This document shows, in pieces, positions 1 to 6,171 of a stretch of 9,453 nt of DNA. The notes under the pieces were generated by a model that had not been told where the DNA came from, searched no databases, and saw only the letters and a program-made list of their open reading frames with translations. How positions within the stretch are numbered: the first letter of the stretch is position 1; every line of letters begins with the position of its first letter. The position numbers and the translations under genes are program-made. Source of the DNA: Symploca sp. SIO2E9 (GTDB lineage: Bacteria > Cyanobacteriota > Cyanobacteriia > Cyanobacteriales > Coleofasciculaceae); the NCBI GenBank assembly GCA_010692645.1, contig JAAHGS010000235.1, forward strand, positions 1 through 9,453, written 5' to 3'.

Positions 1-1229
1 TTCGCCCCCAGTTGCGCCATAGCTCCCGTATGTTTACGAGTCTTTGGCGTAGAGCTGGAAGCTCCACGGTTAGAGAGGTTCGTCCCGAACCCCTGTGCGT
101 GTAGGACACACACCATGGCAGCGGCTATGTCTCGGTCTTCGACAAATCCACAGTGCTTGCACTCATGGAGTCTTTGACTCAAATCTTTAGGCGCAGTATT
201 CCAACACTTAGGGCATCGTTGGGTTGGCTTAACTTTTGTGGTCAAGACTTCGATTTAGACCCCGCCAGCCTCCTCAACCTTATACTTAACCTTTTGTTTG
301 AAAGCCCCAATTCCTACGTCTAGAAGTGAGCGATTAAGCCCGGCTTTTTGACGTTTACGCTTGCTGCCTTTTTTTGCCTTACGAGTCATCCCTTTCAGGT
401 TTAACTCTTCTGTAGCGACCAGGCTATTACCGCTGACAATTTGTGCCGCTACTTTATGTTGCCAATCATCTCGTTGATTAGCTACCTTGCTGCTCAGCTT
501 GGAGACTTGTTTTTGAGTTTGTTTCCAACGCTTAGAGGCTAAGATATTTTTCTTTCTGTTGGGTGTTCGTTTGCGCCTTAGCCTCTTGGAGGCTTGTTTG
601 ACTTTCTCGCTGGTTTTAGCCAAAAATCTAGGGTTTTCTACCTTAGTGCCGTTAGACATTGCTACAGCAGTTTTGCACCCAAAATCCAAACCTATAGCAC
701 CAGTACTAGTTTCTCTAACTGGGTCACAATTGACGGTGATGCTGGCGTACCATTTATGGTTTTTCCAGACAATGGTGCAAGTGGTAGGTCTTCCCCAAGT
801 CCTTGCCCTACCTCGCATTCGTATCTCACCAAGATTGGATAATTCCAGAAAACCATGATCTCCAGTAGTATGGGTTTTCCAACCAGAACTACAAGGATAA
901 GTCCACCCACGATAGAGTCTGCCAGACTTGAATTTGGGATATTTAGCTAACCCTTTGAAAAAGCGATTGAAGGCGAAATCGACTCGTTTGAGAGTGGCTT
1001 GGAGAGCATGAGAACCCAGTTCTTTATATTCTGGGTGTACTTGCTTGAAAGCGGGCAAACAATTTTGTTGCTCTAGGTAGTCAACTGAGTGATTGAACCG
1101 CCGATATTGAGTCTTTCGATTATACAATGCTGCATTGTATAAATCTTTATGCATTCTGTGCCAATAATGCAACTTTTTAGCTTGACTTTTGGTGGGGTAC
1201 AGCCGAAAATTTACACGCTTCGCCTCCAA
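1..1229 (-). pseudogene. tnpB: TnpB (IS200/IS605-family OrfB, RuvC-like RNA-guided nuclease) interrupted by an in-frame TAA. The 3' end is cut by the window edge.
   Basis: The 324-aa ORF (255-1229) has the TnpB layout: N-terminal 'FRLYPT' start, RuvC-I Asp in AIGLDFG (D at 684-686) and RuvC-II Glu in VATEELN (408-410). After the TAA at 255-257 the same frame stays open to position 3. That stretch encodes IEVLTTKVKPTQRCPKCW...HECKHCGFVEDRDIAAA, which is the CxxC...CxxC zinc finger (150-215) and the RuvC-III Asp (129-131). Confidence 0.8.
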
Positions 1230-1376
1230 TTACATCAGCTCACTTAAGCGCTAATTATTGTTATATAATACCCTAGGTTAGACTAACTATGAAGGGTTTT
1301 CGGCAACTGAAGTTGCTCACACGGGGCTACCTTCCCCACCCTACTCCGTTGAGGATGGGGATTGCCGCCAGGAATG
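1..1376 (-). mobile_element. Partial tnpB-only IS200/IS605-family (IS1341-like) element. The tnpB-upstream (left) end lies near 1376. The tnpB-downstream end and its expected omega-RNA lie outside the window.
   Basis: There is no tnpA between tnpB and the flanking gene stub. Region 1230-1376 is non-coding and has hairpin potential: GCAACT/AGTTGC at about 1304-1317 and CCCCACC...GGATGGGG at about 1334-1360. The boundary is inferred from where the Uma2 homology breaks. Confidence 0.5.
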
Positions 1377-1475
1377 TTCAATTAGTTCACCATCAATTAA
1401 CTCATAGCATTGATTGTCACCATACTGCCTAATGAATTCATCAGCAGTTATAAACTTCGATGCTGCTTTAACCAT
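1341..1475 (-). pseudogene. 5' stub of a Uma2-family (DUF820) endonuclease gene, truncated by the IS insertion.
   Basis: The minus-strand ORF reads MVKAASKFITADEFIRQYGDNQCYELIDGELIE|HSWRQSPSSTE*. The ...EF..YGD..YELIDGELIE stretch matches the characteristic Uma2 N-terminus. The expected continuation (M-P-P...H) is replaced by unrelated residues from about 1376 and a stop at 1341-1343. Confidence 0.5.
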
Positions 1476-1529
1476 CGTGATTGTTAATTATCATGAAAAG
1501 GAATAGTGATCGCTTTGCACTCCTGACTC

Positions 1530-4500
1530 ATGAAACGCATTGTACTCATTGCCGGGTTTGAATCCTTCAACACTGACTTATACCGCAAAGCAGCTGAGCT
1601 GGCAACTAAACGCTGCCCGGAATTAGATATCCTGGTGTTTAGCGATCGCTCCCTCAATTCTGAACCTGCAGCTGTACAAGCTGCTCTACAAGACGCCGAT
1701 GTCTTCTTCGCCAGTCTAATCTTTGATTATGACCAGGTTATCTGGCTGCGCCAACGAGTGCAACAGATTCCCATACGCTTGGTATTTGAGTCAGCCCTAG
1801 AATTAATGAGTTTGACTCAAATCGGTGCCTTTAAAATTGGGGATAAGCCCAAAGGCATGCCTAAGCCAGTTCAATTTATTCTTAGTAAATTTTCCAGTGG
1901 CAAAGAAGAGGATAAACTCGCTGGATACATCAGCTTTTTGAAGACAGGGCCTAAACTCCTAAAATTTATCCCTGTACAAAAAGTCCAAGACTTACGCAAC
2001 TGGCTAATTATCTATGGTTACTGGAATGCTGGCGGCTCAGATAATGTGGCGTCGATGTTTTGGACTTTAGCGGAGAAATACTTAGGGTTAAAGGTAGGAA
2101 CCATTCCGCCTCCGGTAGAAACCCCAAATATGGGATTATTGCATCCAGATTATCAAGGATATTTTGAATCCCCACAAAAATATTTAGAGTGGTATCGCCT
2201 GAGTAAACCAGAAACCTGGCATCTGCCGGTGACAGGCATCTTACTTTATCGCAAGCATGTGGTAACTAAACAGCCCTATATTAACCAGATGATTCGCTAC
2301 TTTGAGCAATCTGGATTAGTACCACTGCCTATTTTTATTAATGGTGTTGAAGGGCATGTGGCGGTAAGGGATTGGATGACAACTGCCTACGAAACTGCCC
2401 AAAGAAAGTTAGGTAAGGTGGCAACTCCTTCCCTATCGACTGAGGCAATGGAAGTTGATGCCATTGTTTCTACTATTGGCTTCCCTTTAGTAGGAGGACC
2501 TGCAGGTTCGATGGAAGCAGGGCGTCAAGTGGAAGTTGCTAAAAGAATTCTTACTGCTAAGAATGTACCTTATATTGTGGCAGCACCACTGTTAATTCAA
2601 GATATTTATTCTTGGACACGCCAGGGTATCGGGGGGTTGCAAAGTGTCGTCTTATATGCTTTGCCAGAATTAGATGGAGCAATTGATCCTGTGCCCCTTG
2701 GTGGTTTAGTGGGAGAAGATATTTATTTAGTTCCAGAGCGAGTCAAGCGACTAACTGGGCGTATCAAGGGTTGGGTTGCTCTGAGTAAGACACCACCAGC
2801 AAACAGACGCATTGCCATTTTACTCTATGGCTTTCCTCCTGGATACGGAGCAACAGGAACAGCAGCTTTATTAAATGTACCGCGATCGCTACTTAAATTG
2901 CTACAGGCACTTAAAGAGCAAGGCTATACCATTGGCGATTTACCTGAAGAGGGTGAAGAGTTAATTCGTATGGTGAAAGAGGCGGATGAAGTGCCAGAGA
3001 ATAAGGAAGATTCTAATAGTTCCTCTCGGGTTAATGTTAAAACCTTGGAAAAATGGTTAGGTTATCTGCTAACTACTCGTATTGAGAAACATTGGAACTC
3101 TCTAAGTGGTGCTGGTATCAAAACCTATGGGGATGAATACCATCTCGGCGGTGTACAGTTAGGGAATATTTGGATTGGCGTGCAACCTCCCCTAGGTATT
3201 GCTGGGGATCCAATGCGGTTAATGTTTGAGAGAGATTTAACTCCTCATCCCCAGTATGCAGCTTTTTATAAATGGTTGCAGAATGACTTTCAGGCTGATG
3301 CTGTAATTCATTTCGGTATGCACGGCACAGTGGAATGGTTGCCTGGTTCTCCTCTTGGTAATACTGGCTATTCTTGGCCAGATATTTTGTTGGGAGATAT
3401 GCCGAATCTCTATATCTATGCTGCCAATAATCCCTCAGAGTCAATTTTGGCAAAGCGCCGTGGTTATGGTGTGTTAATTTCTCATAATGTACCGCCTTAT
3501 GGTCGTGCTGGTTTATATAAGGAGTTGATGGCGCTGCGGGATTTAATCTCGGAGTATCGGGAAGAACCAGAGAAAAATTATGCTCTTAAGGAAGGGATTT
3601 GTAAGAAGATTGTCGATACTGGCTTGGAGGCAGATTGTCCCTTTGAGGATGCCCAAAAACTGGGAATTGCCTTTACTCCCGAAAATGCCCAGATGTTTAG
3701 TAATCACAGTTTTAATGACTATTTATTAAAGCTTTACGAATACCTGCAAGTAGTAGAAAGTCGCTTATTTTCCACTGGTTTACATGCACTGGGTGAGATT
3801 CCGGATTCCGAGCAATTGGCTTCCTATCTGCAAGCCTATTTCGGAGAAGATTTACCGGAAAACTTGATTAACGAGATTGCCTCGGGAACAGATAGCGCTA
3901 GTATCGATAATAAATTTGAACTCAACGGCAAAACTCCGAAATTAGAAGAGGCTTTACAAATCCGTGACTTGCTATCCCAAACTAATGAGGAAATGGTTAA
4001 CCTGTTGCGGGGATTAAATGGTGAATATATCCCCCCAGCACCAGGAGGGGATTTATTAAGGGATGGCCCTGGAGTATTGCCCACAGGCAGAAATATTCAC
4101 GCCCTTGATCCCTATCGGATGCCTTCTCCAGCAGCCTATGAAAGGGGTAGAGAAGTTGCTAAAAAAATTATCGCTCAGCATCTAGAAGAACATAATCAGT
4201 ATCCAGAAACTGTAGCAGTAATGTTGTGGGGATTAGATGCCATTAAAACTCGTGGTGAATCTCTGGGAATTTTATTGGAATTGGTTGGAGCTCAACCTAT
4301 CAAAGAAGGCACAGGGCGAATTGTACGCTATGAATTAAAACCTTTAGCAGAAATTGGACATCCCCGTATTGATGTTTTGGCTAATTTATCTGGTATCTTC
4401 CGGGATAGTTTTGTCAATATCTTGGAATTACTCGATGATTTATTCCTACGGGCAGCCCAAGCCCCAGAATCAGAAGCAGAAAATTTTATCCGCAAACACG

Positions 4501-5258
4501 CTTTAGCACTGCAATCTCAAGGAGTGGAAAATGCCTCTGCCCGGTTATTTTCTAACCCAGCCGGGGATTTTGGTTCCATGGTAAATGAGCGAGTGGTAGA
4601 TAGTAACTGGGAATCAGGAGATGAATTAGCCAAAACCTGGCGCGGACGCAATGCTTTCAGTTACGGTAGAAAAGATAAAGGTCAAGCACGCCCAGAAATT
4701 CTCTCCCAATTACTACAAACCACTAGCCGTGTTGTTCAAGAAATCGACTCAGTAGAATATGGTCTTACCGATATCCAAGAATATTATGCCAATACTGGGG
4801 GTTTGAAGCGGGCAGCAGAAAAAGAAAGTGGCACTAAGGTAAACGCCAGTTTTGTCGAAAGTTTCTCTAAAGATACAACACCCCGCAACTTAGAAGATTT
4901 ACTGCGTCTGGAGTATCGCACCAAATTACTTAACCCCAAGTGGGCAGAGGCAATGGCAAATCAAGGTTCTGGCGGAGCCTATGAAATTTCGCAGCGGATG
5001 ACAGCTTTAATTGGCTGGGGCGGTACTGCCGATTTTACTGATACTTGGGTTTATGATCAAGCTGCTGATACCTATGCTTTTGATTCAGAAATGGCGCAGA
5101 AGTTACGAGAATCTAATCCTGAAGCTTTCCGTAATCTTGTCGGCAGAATGATAGAAGCCCATGGGCGGGGTTTCTGGCAAGCTTCTGAGGAAAAATTGCA
5201 GAAGTTGCGAGAGTTATATGATTTAACGGATGAGGAAATTGAAGGAATAATTAAGTAA
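1530..5258 (+). CDS. chlH: Magnesium-chelatase subunit H family protein (ChlH/BchH-like, CobN/Mg-chelatase superfamily), a short paralog.
   Basis: The 1242-aa ORF has an N-terminus (IVLIAGFES...ADVFFASLIFDYD) that aligns to the ChlH N-terminal domain. It also carries the family signatures HFGMHGTVEWLPG (3309-3347) and LPTGRNIHALDP, which are closer to ChlH/BchH than to CobN. It is shorter than canonical cyanobacterial ChlH (about 1330 aa). Confidence 0.85.
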   Translation: MKRIVLIAGFESFNTDLYRKAAELATKRCPELDILVFSDRSLNSEPAAVQAALQDADVFFASLIFDYDQVIWLRQRVQQIPIRLVFESALELMSLTQIGAFKIGDKPKGMPKPVQFILSKFSSGKEEDKLAGYISFLKTGPKLLKFIPVQKVQDLRNWLIIYGYWNAGGSDNVASMFWTLAEKYLGLKVGTIPPPVETPNMGLLHPDYQGYFESPQKYLEWYRLSKPETWHLPVTGILLYRKHVVTKQPYINQMIRYFEQSGLVPLPIFINGVEGHVAVRDWMTTAYETAQRKLGKVATPSLSTEAMEVDAIVSTIGFPLVGGPAGSMEAGRQVEVAKRILTAKNVPYIVAAPLLIQDIYSWTRQGIGGLQSVVLYALPELDGAIDPVPLGGLVGEDIYLVPERVKRLTGRIKGWVALSKTPPANRRIAILLYGFPPGYGATGTAALLNVPRSLLKLLQALKEQGYTIGDLPEEGEELIRMVKEADEVPENKEDSNSSSRVNVKTLEKWLGYLLTTRIEKHWNSLSGAGIKTYGDEYHLGGVQLGNIWIGVQPPLGIAGDPMRLMFERDLTPHPQYAAFYKWLQNDFQADAVIHFGMHGTVEWLPGSPLGNTGYSWPDILLGDMPNLYIYAANNPSESILAKRRGYGVLISHNVPPYGRAGLYKELMALRDLISEYREEPEKNYALKEGICKKIVDTGLEADCPFEDAQKLGIAFTPENAQMFSNHSFNDYLLKLYEYLQVVESRLFSTGLHALGEIPDSEQLASYLQAYFGEDLPENLINEIASGTDSASIDNKFELNGKTPKLEEALQIRDLLSQTNEEMVNLLRGLNGEYIPPAPGGDLLRDGPGVLPTGRNIHALDPYRMPSPAAYERGREVAKKIIAQHLEEHNQYPETVAVMLWGLDAIKTRGESLGILLELVGAQPIKEGTGRIVRYELKPLAEIGHPRIDVLANLSGIFRDSFVNILELLDDLFLRAAQAPESEAENFIRKHALALQSQGVENASARLFSNPAGDFGSMVNERVVDSNWESGDELAKTWRGRNAFSYGRKDKGQARPEILSQLLQTTSRVVQEIDSVEYGLTDIQEYYANTGGLKRAAEKESGTKVNASFVESFSKDTTPRNLEDLLRLEYRTKLLNPKWAEAMANQGSGGAYEISQRMTALIGWGGTADFTDTWVYDQAADTYAFDSEMAQKLRESNPEAFRNLVGRMIEAHGRGFWQASEEKLQKLRELYDLTDEEIEGIIK
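1642..1649. repeat. HIP1 palindrome GCGATCGC
   Basis: Exact octamer read in the sequence. It is a cyanobacterial signature. Confidence 0.9.
2882..2889. repeat. HIP1 palindrome GCGATCGC
   Basis: Exact octamer read in the sequence. Confidence 0.9.
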
Positions 5259-5340
5259 TAAGTAATAAGTAATAAGTAATAAGTAGGTTGGGTTGAGTAA
5301 TAAGTAATAAGTAATAAGTAATAAGTAATAAGTAATAAGT
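5253..5340. repeat. Tandem heptamer (AAGTAAT / AGTAATA) array in two blocks, STRR-like.
   Basis: Block 1 spans 5253-5284 (about 4.5 units) and block 2 spans 5296-5340 (about 6.5 units). They are separated by GTAGGTTGGGTTGAG (5283-5297). The chlH-like TAA stop (5256-5258) lies inside the first unit. Confidence 0.95.
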
Positions 5341-5342
5341 AG

Positions 5343-5385
5343 GTTGGGTTGAGCAAATGCGAAACCCAACATTTATAATGTTTTT
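5343..5385 (+). terminator. Possible intrinsic terminator for the chlH-like gene.
   Basis: An 8-bp stem pairs GTTGGGTT (5343-5350) with AACCCAAC (5363-5370) around a 12-nt loop, followed by ATTTATAATGTTTTT. The T-run is not adjacent to the stem, so the call is weak. Confidence 0.3.
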
Positions 5386-5421
5386 CTGGAGGGTGAACGC
5401 AATTTTGTGTGGGACTTGAAT

Positions 5422-5470
5422 TCTCCGCGTCTCCGCGTCTCCGCGTCGACCTGTCTCCGCGTCTGGAGCG
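5422..5470. repeat. Tandem octamer TCTCCGCG array.
   Basis: There are three perfect units (5422-5445), a degenerate unit TCGACCTG, one more perfect unit (5454-5461), then TCTGGAGCG. Confidence 0.9.
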
Positions 5471-5573
5471 TCTGCTTACTTATTTCCCCACGCCTTTTTT
5501 CGCTCACCCTTTTCTGGGTTTCGTTTCTCAACCCAGCCTACAGGATTGAGGGCTGAGATACACCTAGTTCTGT

Positions 5574-5608
5574 TCCCTGCTCCCTACTCCCTGCTCCCTG
5601 CTCCCTAA
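5574..5608. repeat. Tandem heptamer TCCCTGC array (5 units), STRR-like.
   Basis: Units read directly: TCCCTGC, TCCCTAC, TCCCTGC, TCCCTGC, TCCCTAA. Confidence 0.9.
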
Positions 5609-5692
5609 AACCGAGAATGATGGCAATGAACCATGAACTATTGCCAAATGCCATAATAGCGGTGAAAGTCCTCAATTTACGATGAAACCGTC

Positions 5693-6100
5693 ATGACACT
5701 GGAATTATTAGCCGCAGAAAAAATAGCTGAACTAGCATTTGGTGCTGTTATCGAAACTGGTGCTAGTGAATTGGTTAAAAAGTTGTGGGGGAAAATTCGT
5801 AACAAACTTAGAAGTGAACCTGTAGCCGAAGCGGCTTTAGTGGAAATTGAGCAAAATCATTCTAGGGAGCAGCTAACGAAGATTGTACCTTTTCTACAGG
5901 TGGAGATGCTTAAAGATCAGCAGTTTGCCCAGGAAATGCAAGCTTTAGCTCACGAAATTAACACTGGCTCGCAAGAGAATATTACCCAGCAGGATTTTGA
6001 AGCTCGTGATAATGCTGGTGTTGTTGGCAAGCAAGTAGGAACAGTTAACAAGGCAGGTGTCACTGAAATTGGAACTCAGATTAACGTGGGAAAGGAGTAA
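5693..6100 (+). CDS. Small helical protein with a Gly/Gln/Val/Asn-rich tail. It is a putative N-terminal effector or adaptor module of the downstream NB-ARC-TPR protein.
   Basis: The 135-aa ORF has an amphipathic N-terminus (MTLELLAAEKIAELAFGAVIETGASELVKKLWGKI), a helical middle and the tail NAGVVGKQVGTVNKAGVTEIGTQINVGKE. It lies on the same strand as the STAND gene, 71 nt upstream of the annotated TTG start. I recognise no enzymatic motif. Confidence 0.6.
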   Translation: MTLELLAAEKIAELAFGAVIETGASELVKKLWGKIRNKLRSEPVAEAALVEIEQNHSREQLTKIVPFLQVEMLKDQQFAQEMQALAHEINTGSQENITQQDFEARDNAGVVGKQVGTVNKAGVTEIGTQINVGKE

Positions 6101-6160
6101 CGGCAGAGGAAGTCCAAGAGTTTTTTAAAAAACTTGAGCAAGGGAATTCCTCAGTTGCCG
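6088..6160 (+). promoter_or_regulatory. Candidate -1 programmed ribosomal frameshift cassette: slippery heptamer G_GGA_AAG, 6-nt spacer, stem-loop.
   Basis: The zero frame reads GTG GGA AAG GAG TAA, so the heptamer 6088-6094 fits X_XXY_YYZ. The spacer is GAGTAA (6095-6100). The stem-loop spans 6101-6160 with these pairs: 6101-6105 with 6156-6160 (CGGCA/TGCCG), 6106-6111 with 6147-6152 (GAGGAA/TTCCTC, with a 3-nt bulge at 6153-6155), and 6113-6115 with 6143-6145. The apex is the palindrome AGTTTTTTAAAAAACT (6119-6134). The -1 frame is open from 6085 and is the frame of the NB-ARC gene. Confidence 0.4.
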
Positions 6161-6171
6161 CTTCCACTAAC

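Larger units (their letters stand above)
5339..5541. mobile_element. MITE-like / small dispersed repeat element with hairpin-forming inverted ends.
   Basis: The left end is GTAGGTTGGGTTGAGCAAATGCGAAACCCAAC (5339-5370). The reverse complement of 5514-5541 is GTAGGCTGGGTTGAGAAACGAAACCCAG, which matches it nearly base for base. An inner inverted repeat pairs AGGGTGAACG (5390-5399) with CGCTCACCCT (5501-5510), 9 of 10 positions. A solo half-end lies at 5283-5297. Confidence 0.4.

Noticed and set aside
559-910. ORFs 559-858 (+), 594-842 (+) and 692-910 (-) inside the tnpB region
   Set aside because: They lie antisense to, or out of frame with, a recognisable TnpB reading frame. Their products are low-complexity with no motifs, so they are most likely shadow ORFs.
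1230-1529. A tnpA (Y1 or serine recombinase) partner upstream of tnpB
   Set aside because: The only ORF there is the 44-aa Uma2 stub, so the element is tnpB-only. The serine-recombinase tnpA at 9232 is 8 kb away on the opposite strand and belongs to a different element.
3118-4084. Minus-strand ORFs 3118-3453 and 3836-4084
   Set aside because: They are antisense to the strongly supported chlH-like CDS and have no recognisable domains.
5072-5356. Minus-strand 94-aa ORF (…LLITYYLLLITYY…)
   Set aside because: It is an artefact of translating the heptamer repeat on the stop-free strand. It also overlaps the 3' end of the chlH-like CDS.
6092-6097. AAGGAG as the Shine-Dalgarno sequence for an independent start of the NB-ARC gene
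   Set aside because: There is no ATG, GTG or TTG in the NB-ARC frame within 5-13 nt downstream. The first in-frame start codon is the TTG at 6172, 75 nt away.
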